A DNA stretch of 34,922 bases from Octopus bimaculoides (lineage: Eukaryota): NCBI RefSeq assembly GCF_001194135.2, contig NC_068982.1:132634073-132668994 (forward strand), read 5' to 3'. Below, piece after piece: positions 21,290 through 32,036 of this stretch. Every line of letters starts with the position of its first letter. Positions within the stretch are counted from its first letter, which is position 1. A program made the position numbers and the translations under genes. A model generated the notes under the pieces. That model saw only the letters and a list, made by a program, of their open reading frames with translations. It was not told where the DNA came from and did no database searches.

Positions 21290-21600
21290 CCATCATTTAA
21301 CATCTGTTGTCCATGCTGGCATGGGTTGGATGGTTTGACTGGGCTGCCAGGCTCCAGTCTGACTCGGCATGGTTTTCTATGGTTGGATATTCTTCCTAAT
21401 GTCAACCACTCCAAGAGCGTAATGAGCACTTTTATGTGCTACCAGCACGGGTGCCATTTGTGTGAAACTGATATCTGCCATGACTGCAATTTTGCTCAGC
21501 TTGATGGATCTTCTTAAGCATTTCATGATGCCAAAGGTCTTGCCTTATTTATTTTTAGAGTGGCCTCCGTGAGGCCCAACGCTCGAAAGGAACTCAGCCA
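21290..21600 (-). mobile_element. RTE-tail-derived SINE fragment in AVEN intron 3
   Basis: (CAT)n, CCATGCTGGCATGGGTTGGA, TGGATATTCTTCCTAATGTCAACCACTC, homologous to other RTE 3' tails. Confidence 0.65.
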
Positions 21601-21658
21601 TCTCACCTCTGTGAGGCAGAATAATGTAATTACATAAAAAGGTATCTTCAATATTTAA

Positions 21659-21851
21659 CCCTTTACTCATATCTGGCCCAAAATATCCAACCTATTTTAC
21701 GGTCAAAGTGGCCAGATCTGGCCTCTGACACCTACCCTACAATGTCATTCAAATTATAAACATTCACATCATAGAAATAATGCTTGATTACTTCAAAACA
21801 ATGTTAATGAATAAACATTACAATTGAGAGGAAAACCTGATTGCTAAAGGG
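21659..21851. mobile_element. piggyBac-like MITE (193 bp)
   Basis: TTAA at 21655-21658 and 21852-21855; termini CCCTTTA / TAAAGGG. Confidence 0.8.
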
Positions 21852-21998
21852 TTAAGCAACTCTTTAAAGTCAAACCGATTGAGTCTACTTCAGTAGAATA
21901 AAAATTAGTTGTCATGAGAAAATAGCCATAGCATTCATTTATTGAGAAGTAAAAGATGTAGCAGAAGAAAAGTTCAAGATCTGGAAAGAATTACTTAC

Positions 21999-22159
21999 AC
22001 TGAATAACGAAACAGGAAGAGCAAGCCGCTCATGGAGTGGGATACACTGAAGGCTTTCTGCAAGCTTTTCACAATTTAAAGCAACAAAACTTGAATTAAT
22101 TGATTTCTCATCTTCCCATTCTTTTTCATCTTTAAATCGAAACTGTGACAAAGAATCAG
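21999..22159 (-). CDS. AVEN: Aven homologue, exon 3
   Basis: Acceptor TCTTTGATTTTTAG, donor CAGT/GTAAGT; phase 1 to 0; (A)DSLSQFRFKDEKEWE...LAESLQCIPLHERLAL matches Aven DSFSQFRFAEEKEW...L..LPL..RL. Confidence 0.93.
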
Positions 22160-22436
22160 CTAAAAATCAAAGACATAAAAAAAGGTTTCTTTTTATCAAA
22201 TGTACAAACAAAAAGAATCAAAATACAATACAAAAACAGTATTCTAAAGGTGTTAATAGACCCTAAGGTAGCATTAATTTGATGAAGCAACAATCTATTT
22301 CTTTATTTATCTCTGCTTTTGGAGCCAGATTAAATGAAAAGAGCCAACACAATAAGTGTTAGATCTTAAGGCTAAAAGTTAGATAAAAACCACAAATAGG
22401 TTTTATATTATCATTATTTGAAACAACATAAAATTA

Positions 22437-22656
22437 GCCCTTTAGCATTTAAACTGGCCCCTTATTTGACCTGAATATTTTCCCTGTTTTATGTTCAAAC
22501 CAGCTAAATATAGCTTCTCACACCTACCATACAAAGCCACTCTAAAAATAAATAATCACATCTTTGAAATTTCAAAGCTATGAGATAAAGAAGGATTAAT
22601 TTAAAACAATGTGTATAAATAAGCATTTCATTTGACAGAATAATAAGTATGCTAAA
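22437..22656. mobile_element. Second piggyBac-like MITE copy, right terminus replaced by RTE junction
   Basis: TTAG-CCCTTTAGCATT start, collinear with 21659-21851, stops at ATGCTAAA where the RTE begins. Confidence 0.6.
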
Positions 22657-23711
22657 ACTAGAGGTAGTCGATAGCTTCCGCTCTCTGGGCGACCAAGTTA
22701 GTAGTGGGGGTGGGTGCGCTGAAAGTGTAGCTGCTAGAATAAGAATAGCCTGGGCAAAGTTTAGAAAGCTCTTACCCCTGCTGGCGACAAAGGGACTCTC
22801 ACTCAGAGTAAAAGGCAGACTGTATGACGCATGCGTACGAACAGCCATGCTACATGGCAGTGAAACATGGGCTATAACTGCTGAGGACATACGTAAGCTC
22901 GCAAGGAATGAAGCCAGTATGCTCCGTTGGATGTGTAATGTCAATGTGAATACCCGTCAGAGTGTAAGTATCTTGAGAGAAAAGCTGAACATTAGAAGCA
23001 TCAGTTGTGGTGTGCAAGAGANNNNNNNNNNNNNNNNNNNNNNNNNNNNNNNNNNNNNNNNNNNNNNNNNNNNNNNNNNNNNNNNNNNNNNNNNNNNNNN
23101 NNNNNNNNNNNNNNNNNNNNNNNNNNNNNNNNNNNNNNNNNNNNNNNNNNNNNNNNNNNNNNNNNNNNNNNNNNNNNNNNNNNNNNNNNNNNNNNNNNNN
23201 NNNNNNNNNNNNNNNNNNNNNNNNNNNNNNNNNNNNNNNNNNNNNNNNNNNNNNNNNNNNNNNNNNNNNNNNNNNNNNNNNNNNNNNNNNNNNNNNNNNN
23301 NNNNNNNNNNNNNNNNNNNNNNNNNNNNNNNNNNNNNNNNNNNNNNNNNNNNNNNNNNNNNNNNNNNNNNNNNNNNNNNNNNNNNNNNNNNNNNNNNNNN
23401 NNNNNNNNNNNNNNNNNNNNNNNNNNNNNNNNNNNNNNNNNNNNNNNNNNNNNNNNNNNNNNNNNNNNNNNNNNNNNGGCACATAAAAGACACCATTTCG
23501 AGCGTGGCCGTTTTCGTGCGGGTGATACGTAAAAGCACCCACTACACTCTCTGAGTGGTTGGCGTTAGGAAGGGCATCCAGCTGTAGAAACTCTGCCAAA
23601 TTAGACTGGAGCCTGGTGTTGCCATCCGGTTTCACCAGTCCTCAGTCAAATCGTCCAACCCATGCTAGCATGGAAAGCGGACGTTAAACGATGATGATGA
23701 TGATGATGATG
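22654..23711 (+). mobile_element. 5'-truncated RTE-clade LINE, antisense in AVEN intron 2 (gap 23022-23477)
   Basis: ORF KLEVVDSFRSLGDQVSSGGGCAESVAARIRIAWAKFRKLLPLL...LYDACVRTAMLHGSETW; RTE 3' UTR; (GAT)n tail. Confidence 0.92.
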
Positions 23712-25904
23712 AAAGAAGGGAAAGGAAGTCTCTACACTCAATCTGCTAGAAATAGCAACCAAATCTTTCTCAAATCGTACCCTGCCATCTTAAAATGAAG
23801 GTGATATTGGATAATGTAACCGTGGGTGTGTGATGTCTAAAAGTAAAAAGACAGGATGGAATGGTCATGACTGAAATGCTTTTGATAATAGGTCTATTCT
23901 ATTAGTGCTGATTCGAGAGTAAGCAACCAGTAATCAGTAGTTAATTATATATCAGTCTGACTTTTACCAGAGAGGATTTTTAGGCATCTTATCATAGTAA
24001 GGACAGCTGGATGATGATGACAATAATGATAGCTACCTCAATAGACAACAACATCAGTTCATGAAACATCATCATCATTTAATCAACACAAGTCTTTATT
24101 GTTGTAGAGCCTTGATCAATTCCTACCATGCAGAATTATGATATTTAAGTCACCAGTTGTAAACAAAGGCAACCCATAAATCAAGTGCTCCAGATATATT
24201 ATGCCTCTACTTCTAGCCTAATTGACAACCACATACAGTAGTTTACTGTGTGTGGTAGTGTGACAGTCAGGATATGCTGTGTCTTTTTTGTGATTCAGGT
24301 TGTTCTTCTGTGACTAGAAAGAACTCAAAACAATTCACTATACACCATAGCATGTGGCATACTGACAACCACACCAGTAAATCACTTACACAATCAGAAT
24401 ATTAAAAAAATGGAAGAATACTTGGACATGCAAAAAGTATAGTTTATTGCCACAGAAAGCTTCAGCTCCATCACTCCTTGTTACTAAACATTCAGAGACC
24501 TACACAACACCTCAGAACTACAACATCCTAAAAATACTATTTCTGTCACTCAGCTTGGATAAGCATAAGATACACATCCATACAGAATAGCTACAACATT
24601 AATAGCCTCACCTACTCTAATCAGTGCTGCACTAATAGGTTGTGCACTGACAAATCCACCTTGCCCCTCTCTGGTATGACCACCACCAGAAAAAAATCGG
24701 ACAATAGAGAGAGTTCAATAAATCCAGGTTATTACACTGTACCACATACAATTCATCATTGCATGTTAGAGTGCGCAGTATGTATTGGATGTGCAATAGG
24801 GCTCTCAGTAAGATATGACATAACTGGAAACATGAGATCACATGCCACATCTTGTTATTTGACCAACTACCCATAAGACCATGTAATGAGACCTAACCTA
24901 CACAACAACAACTCTTGGAGTTTCGTGTTATAGACAGTCTTTAGGATTAGAAGAAAGCCTAAAGGTAACTACTTAGTATTGAGTATTCACTTTTTTGTTT
25001 ATAACAAAAGTACTATCATTAAACATATACTTTGAATCTTGAGAATATACTCTCACATTTCATTATTGTCTTCCTTCCAGCTACTCCCATCCACTTTTAT
25101 ATAATGTGGATTAGCCATAGCAAGATACCTATATCTGTCTTTCTATCACACTTCAGTCGGTCAACATCAGGCATAAAGCCATCTCTCTACTACAACCTTC
25201 TTCAGTTGAGGGGTCTTTCTCTTTCTCTTGTGAGATACTTGGAGACCTTAAACATCCAGTAGACTCTGTAAAATGGTTAGCATTAGGAACGGCATCCAGT
25301 CATAGAAACCATGCATATTAGTTTGGAGCCGAAAGCAGTCCTGTGGCTTGTAGGATTCTGTCAAACTCTCCAATCCATGCCAGCATAAAAGATGAACATT
25401 AAACAAAGATGATGTTGCAGATGTAACTGGGTAGTTAATTCAATTTCCAACCCAAGGTTTCAGGTTCAGACCCGCTGTGAGGCAAGTGTCTTCTCCTATA
25501 ACTTCAGGCTGATCAAAGCTTTGTGAATGAACTTGACAGACGAAATATGTGTATTTATGAGTGTGTATGTATGTCATTGTCTTGATATTACATGTGAATG
25601 TTGCCATCAAACAAGCATTCATTTTCAATTTACAGTGAAAACATGTCAAGCCAAAGGAAAGTATTAGCTTACTTGGAAACAGGTGAGGGTTGGCGACAGG
25701 AAGGGTATCTGGTCATTAAAAATTCTGACTCAAGCGAGGATGAAAAATGGAAGTAGAAATAGTGATGATGATGCAAGATATGGCCATCTCACTCATCTAA
25801 GAAGGGCAGTAATTCCAAATAGCTGACTTGAAAGAGGAAAACCCGCTCAACCCATGCCTGTATTGAAAGTGAACATGTACTGAACACACACACACACACA
25901 TTTT

Positions 25905-26045
25905 GTGTCCAAATTCCACTGAGGATGAATCTGGCTTTCATCATTTCAGAGTTGACCAGAATAGGTACCAGTTGAACACTGGGGTTGATGAAATTGACTT
26001 CTCTCTCCCCTCAAAATTGCTAACCTTGTGCTAAAATTAGAAAGA
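25905..26045 (+). mobile_element. Deu/Nin-like SINE fragment just downstream of AVEN exon 2, CpG-depleted
   Basis: CAAATTCCACTGAGG...CTTTCATCATTTCAGAGTTGA...GTACCAGTTGAACACTGGGGTTGA homologous to the 3098 copy. Confidence 0.65.
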
Positions 26046-26074
26046 ATTATCATTAATATTATTATCAACAATAC

Positions 26075-26237
26075 CTGTTTGACTGAGCAAGCTGACAAAG
26101 TCAACACCAATCTGCTGGGGTTTCACATCATCTTCATCTTCTGGTGGTAAAGGAGCATAACGATCCCAATTACTGGCAAGTTTTCTCCGTCGAAATAAAG
26201 GCTTAGAAACACTGTCAAATTCTTCAGAATCACTCAC
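26075..26237 (-). CDS. AVEN: Aven homologue, exon 2
   Basis: Acceptor CCATTATTCCAG, donor ACAG/GTATTG; 163 nt, phase 0 to 1; FRRRKLASNWDRY...GVDFVSLLSQT matches Aven SRRKIVSNWDRY...GTDFSVLLSSA. Confidence 0.95.
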
Positions 26238-26804
26238 CTGGAATAATGGATCATTAATATTCTTATTTAAGGATCTGAAACTTTGCAGTCAAATGATTAA
26301 GAAAATACATATCAACTAAGGTTTTATATTTAATATCATTTTTATTAATCTGATGCTGTGAAATTCTTCAAATCTGGAAGCATTATCCAATTTAATTGTG
26401 TCCCATCACTCTTCCAAAATTATAAAAATGTTGTTCCGAAAACATTTTACAAGTAATATAAGTTTCATCTCCCTAAACCACAATATAACCAGTTACACTT
26501 ACATCAGAAATTGATAAAAGGAAAGTTATATTTTCGTACTCAACAGTTAAGCACAACGATTAAAATAGGCCCTTTATGGAGGGGTCCTACATACAAAACA
26601 CTTTAAAAAGACAAGTACTTCATTTATGGAAAACGGAAGGTTGAAAAATTAAGTCGATCTGGTCAAACACGCAGATTTTTAACGCTTTCGTCACTGCCAT
26701 CAACAAAACCTAAAAGTATTTAAAACATTTTTGTTGAACGAAAAAGGAAAATAAACTGCCCATATAACAATATTCTTTTCTAGTGTGTTGAGATCACCCT
26801 TTTC

Positions 26805-27392
26805 TACTCTAGGCACAAGGCCCGAAATTTTTGGGGAGGCGGCCAGTCGATTAGGTCGATCTCAGAACGCAACTGGTACTTAATTTATCGACACCTAAAA
26901 GATGAACCGCAAAGTCGACCTCGGCGGAATTTGAACTCAGAACGTAAAGACAGACGAAATACTGCTAAGCAACAGGAGACGTCACAACTTTCAGGCCACC
27001 AAAAAATTTCCTGCGTAGATACATGGTCTCAAATTTGTCAAGAGGAAACGATATTGATTTCTAACAAAGCCTCAAATTTGGAAGAGAGAATAATCGATTA
27101 AACCGACCCAAGTACTAGGATGCTACTTTTAGTTTGAAGACCAACGTAAGTATGAAAAACATAACTTCGGTGGCATCTAAACACAAAAGATGTTTTCACA
27201 AAGCATTTTGTCCCACGTTCTTATAGAAAAGGGGAAAGGGTTAGTCGTTTCAATCATCCTCAGTATCTGATCGATATTTAATCGTACCCTATAGAATGAG
27301 AGTCAAAGCCGACCCCAACGGAATTTGAACCCAGAACATAAAGAACCTGATAATAAACACAAAGCATTTCCCCGACACTCTAACGATTCTTC
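26805..27392 (-). mobile_element. Three head-to-tail Deu/Nin-like SINE relics in AVEN intron 1 (about 26805-26975, 27045-27190, 27205-27392)
   Basis: Each carries variants of GTCGAT...GTAC...TTTATCGAC...AAAGTCGACCTCGGCGGAATTTGAACTC; the middle copy is most degenerate. Confidence 0.65.
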
Positions 27393-27504
27393 CTGCTCAA
27401 TAACATAAAATGAAAATAGATGGCTATATAACCTGGTGGTCAGGATTTAACTCCACGGCAACTATACATTGTTTAGCGTTAGTAATACAAGATATTTTCC
27501 TTAC

Positions 27505-27663
27505 ATTTGTAAAATCTTCTTTCTGATGATTCAAGTGTGATTCCGTTTTCTTTGTTCCATGTTCTTGTCCTTTGTTTTCTTTGTGCTCTTTGCCTTTGGT
27601 AGGAATTCCATGTTTCTTTTTATATTGCTGACTTTTTTTTTGTTTGTGCTGGTCAGGCCTCAT
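27505..27663 (-). CDS. AVEN: Aven homologue, first coding exon
   Basis: ATG at 27663 in context AAACATGA; MRPDQHKQKKSQQYKKKHGI...EDFTN; donor AAAT/GTAAGG, phase 0, matches exon 2. Six exons sum to 1020 nt (339 aa plus stop). Confidence 0.82.
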
Positions 27664-28021
27664 GTTTTCGACATCACTACAGCCCTCTTCTGTCTTGAGA
27701 AATAAGAAACACTATTCACGGCTTTTAGAGTTATTCCCCCTCACAACTCTATGATTATCTTACGTATCCTAACAATGAACATACACACACTTCGCTCTCT
27801 ACCACCTCTATCCATCTATCTGCCTTTCTTTTGCTCAACTTCTGTGACAATAAATATGAATAAATATATAAATAAATCTTAACAAGCAGTTAAACATTGT
27901 TACAACGCAATAGATATTTGTCGAATAAATCGTGTCTGTGCGTTTGTACATTATAGTCGGCTAAGAATCCATAAGTTTATTTGTCAAAACGAGTGGGTAG
28001 ATTAATATTTCAATGTGTGTG

Positions 28022-28056
<35 letters not shown>

Positions 28057-28560
28057 GTCTGTGTGTTTGTGTGCGTGTCTGCGCGTATACACCCGCAATC
28101 ACACGCTCCTTTACATTAGTGTCCTGTTAGAGTTATTCCCCTTTACATATTACCCTAAATAATTCGGAACGTCAAACGTTCCGAAATATGTATTAAATTT
28201 TCCAATGAAGTGAGATGACTCTCACTCGAAAACCAGAAAGTTTTCGAAATCTGAACGAAGTTACTGTATATTATTGTTAAAATATTGTAACAACAAGGGA
28301 ATTGTATCATGATTCTTGATTATTTTGTAAATTAAAATAGTAAATATAATTTATCGATACAAATACAGATATAGTTAAATAGAGTTAATACAGCAAAAGA
28401 TATCATTAATAATACGATTAAGCAATATGCTCCATTCTCAATGATTTCTTCGGAAATATTTTCCGAAATAGCAATGGTAAATCCCTTATATTTTAGCATT
28501 CTTTGAATTGGCTTTTTGCCACGGAGATTCAATATGTTTCGTGATAACCTCAGTTGTTGA
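27664..28560. promoter_or_regulatory. Putative AVEN 5' UTR/promoter region
   Basis: Upstream of first coding exon; visibly retains CpG; contains an exact 15-bp direct repeat and two TTCGGAA...TTCCGAA inverted repeats. TSS not determinable. Confidence 0.5.
28014..28086. repeat. Imperfect (GT)n microsatellite
   Basis: Directly visible. Confidence 0.9.
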
Positions 28561-29114
28561 ACTCACAAAATTCATTCGATGGTTTATTACTTGATGAAGA
28601 TTCTTCTTTCTTTACACACACACATACACACACACCTTTTGTTAAAATATTTATAAGAGACAAAAATAGTTTCCACCTAAATGTTTTAATTTTCAAAAAG
28701 ATTTCAAGAATGACACTTTTACTATGAATATGGATTGAAAGGCAAGGAGCTAGCAGAATCATTAACACACTGGACAAAAATACATAGCAGCATTTCTCCT
28801 GGCACATTTACTCTTCAAGTTCAAGTTCTGCTAAGGCCAACTGTGTTTTTCATCTCTTCAGAGTAGGTAAATTTGATGCAAGTTAAACACTGAAGTTGAT
28901 TGTTGTTGACTAGCTAGCTTTGTGTCAAAATTTGAAATTTGAAATTATGAAACAATGATAACAACCAAGCAGCAACAAATTGAAAGAAATGAGGAAGCTC
29001 TGCTAAATATTTCATCTAGCTTGCTAAAGATTCTGTCAGCTCACCACCTTAATAATAATAATGATGATGATAATAATAATGGTAATAATAATAATATTTA
29101 TTATTATTATTATT

Positions 29115-29690
29115 ATAAATGCCTGGATGCAGTACCAGGCAATGGCTCTCTTGGCTTCTGATCTAAACTGATTGGAAGTGTTATCATATACATTGTTTTG
29201 TCTTGCTATAAAAGATGGGCTACAGCAAATATTCTGCTTAATACCACAGATTTGCTTGTCAGTTGTTTGACCTTAACCAGTTGAGCATGTCCCTTGGTGG
29301 CTGACGGTATGTGCATCTCTGATCATGAGCAAAAATAGTGGCAGAGCTTCATAGCCATGTATTGAGAGGAATTCTTTGGGGTTTGAATAATTCACCTTTG
29401 GAAACATAAGTGTTTTGCTCAACATCCTTAAACAAACCTTATTCAGGAACCTTTTGAGTGGGATGGGCTACTCCACTGAAGAAAATTCTAACTGGGCCCC
29501 ACCTGCGAGGTCATGTGCTGTTTATCTTGATATGAGATCACCATGTCGCGCACATATGGTTGTGATGCATGTGCCTGGTGTACCCTTATCAGACAGGTAG
29601 TCATGATGGGTATGCAGGGCTTCGTATATTTTACCCCAGTGTCACTTTGATGGCATGCACTGCTCTCTCACTCAATAATAACAATAATAA
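29115..29690. repeat. Probable unclassified interspersed repeat bounded by (AAT/TAT)n tracts
   Basis: GC-richer block flanked by trinucleotide tracts; resembles an abundant octopus repeat from memory; single copy in this window. Confidence 0.35.
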
Positions 29691-30660
29691 CAGTTAACAA
29701 ATTTTCCATAATATTATGATTTTTTTCCCCATAAAATTCACACAAAAAAAAACTTTGTTTATTAATTCCTCCTCGCCACTGTTGTAATTCTTTATTATCG
29801 GATTGTTACAATGCCCACTTCGGTATAGAAACATAGTTGTTAGACCACTAAAGACACGACTATCTACGACCTTCTACATCGTACTCTCTCTCTCTCTCTA
29901 TACTGACCGATGTCACCTTATTTATAGTGACTAGCACATACCACTCATCATGTTGGAGGGGTGTACCATTATTACTATTATACCCACAACAGATGTATTG
30001 TGGCAGAAGTGTAGGTAGTCAGTGAGAAATGATTTAATGGAAAGGGACTAAGAACACAGAATAAGGATGATCAATGGAAAATGTGAATGAAGAGGAACAA
30101 TCTAAAGGCTGAGGGCAGATATCAAAATAAGTGGTTCCAGATAGTGGGAGAGATAACTGGCAGAACAGAAAGATATCATGGATTATGTAGTTCTGCTCTC
30201 ATTTAATTATAGCAGCTGAATAGTGAAGTTGTTAGAAGACTGATGATAGGTAGGGAGATGAGGTGATAGGGAAGGATTGACAATGACATATTGGCAAGGA
30301 ATCTAGTTGTATATCACATTGTGCTCCAGAACCTCAGTTGGGCAGGTTTTATTGAGTACTGTGTTTTGCCATTCATTTCATCCATGAGGCCCAAAATCCT
30401 AAAGTCAACCTTTGCTAATTTCTTCAAAGTCATTCTGTGTCTTCCTCTTCTCTTCTACAAACTGCATGTAGTTGTGTATACTGATTTATCAGTGATATAT
30501 GAATAAAACAATAATAATTGGATACATAGTTAATTTTTCAAATAAATTCATTTTTACACAATTTTCAGGATATACAAATATTTTTGTTATAAATTTTATT
30601 ATTTACAAACTTAACAATCAATCAAAATTATCACAGTTCCTTGCACTGCTGATCTAAAAA

Positions 30661-30702
<42 letters not shown>

Positions 30703-30824
30703 CGGAGATGTACTTGCATAGCAAGTGACCTGATCTGAGATCATGTGCAGGAACAAAAACAATTCCAGCATGGAAGGTGTTTATAAGCCATTTAAAATAA
30801 CACACAAAATCCGTTAGATTCACT

Positions 30825-31040
30825 NNNNNNNNNNNNNNNNNNNNNNNNNNNNNNNNNNNNNNNNNNNNNNNNNNNNNNNNNNNNNNNNNNNNNNNNNNNN
30901 NNNNNNNNNNNNNNNNNNNNNNNNNNNNNNNNNNNNNNNNNNNNNNNNNNNNNNNNNNNNNNNNNNNNNNNNNNNNNNNNNNNNNNNNNNNNNNNNNNNN
31001 NNNNNNNNNNNNNNNNNNNNNNNNNNNNNNNNNNNNNNNN
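30825..31040. other. Assembly gap
   Basis: Run of N. Confidence 1.
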
Positions 31041-31041
31041 A

Positions 31042-31207
31042 TCTCCCTGTCTGATATCAGTACATACATACACATATGCATGCAAGCATAGATGCGTACA
31101 TACATATGTACATCATCATCATGATGATGATGATGATGTACATATGTATGTACGCATCTATGCTTGCATGCATATGTGTATGTATGTACTGATATCAGAC
31201 AGGGAGA
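31042..31207. repeat. Perfect palindrome, 80-bp arms with 6-nt loop
   Basis: 31042-31121 is the exact reverse complement of 31128-31207; centre is a (CAT)n/(GAT)n junction. Confidence 0.95.
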
Positions 31208-31877
31208 ATGAGTGCTGTGCTCCACACCACATTGGTGAATAAACATTCCTTATTTATGGGTTATCAAAGCTACCAATGGTTTCATGTGGAGAGATTACTT
31301 ACTATATGAAACCATTGGTAGCTTTGTTAAACCACAAATAAAAATATGTGTGTGTGTATGCATAGAAAGTGACATTTTACAAAAGTTGAAGCAACGATTG
31401 TGCCCATTACAGGTGTGCCATTCAAAAATAACTGATAAGTATTTATTTTCCTTACATACACAACTTCATAATTCATTCTTATTAATCAAATGGATGAACT
31501 ACGTTTATCTAGTAGTGTTCTTACTGTGAGAACCGAAGCATTGCAATGGAAAGAGGATGAAAGATTATAATTGGGTAGAGTGGTTCAGGTACAAATAAGT
31601 CTATTCACAGAAATTTAGAGTGTGTGCATGAATGTCGGTATTATTAATCTGACCCAAAACAAGTGATATCTAGATAGTGAGGATTGAAATATTTCAATAA
31701 TAACACTTATACATCCTTTTACTGTGTTGCTCCTATTGTAGAAGACTAAAAAGCAAGGAATTTCATTAAAGCAGCAGAGCTGAGGGACCCTCACAAAGCA
31801 TCAGCAGTGAGTTCAGGAGACACCTGAATAGAGATGGAATAGACTTCAAGATATGTGAACATGAGCCTTCATCAGCC

Positions 31878-32036
31878 CCATTTCAATTCAAACAACTTCA
31901 ATTTCCAGTGACCCTTAATCTTGCCATGATCATCAACAAATTCCAAGGTCAAATGTTTTTGGTTGCTGGTTTACACCTGGAAGAGTCCTGCTTCATTCAT
32001 GGTCAGATTTACATTGAATATTCAAGAGTAGGAAGT
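31878..32036 (+). mobile_element. Helitron-type PIF1 helicase C-terminal relic
   Basis: PFQFKQLQFPVTLNLAMIINKFQGQMFLVAGLHLEESCFIHGQIYIEYSRVGS matches the FKRLQFPV.LAFAMTINKSQGQ...CFSHGQLYVA.SRV motif, with several conserved residues lost. Confidence 0.8.

Noticed and set aside
24300-24950. Possible old LINE relic with TIHHCMLEC resembling a C-terminal zinc knuckle
   Set aside because: Single weak motif; no RT or endonuclease peptide recognised.
28332-28532. 66-aa minus-strand ORF with hydrophobic end, upstream of AVEN
   Set aside because: AT-rich codons, no homology recognised, no splice link to the AVEN frame.
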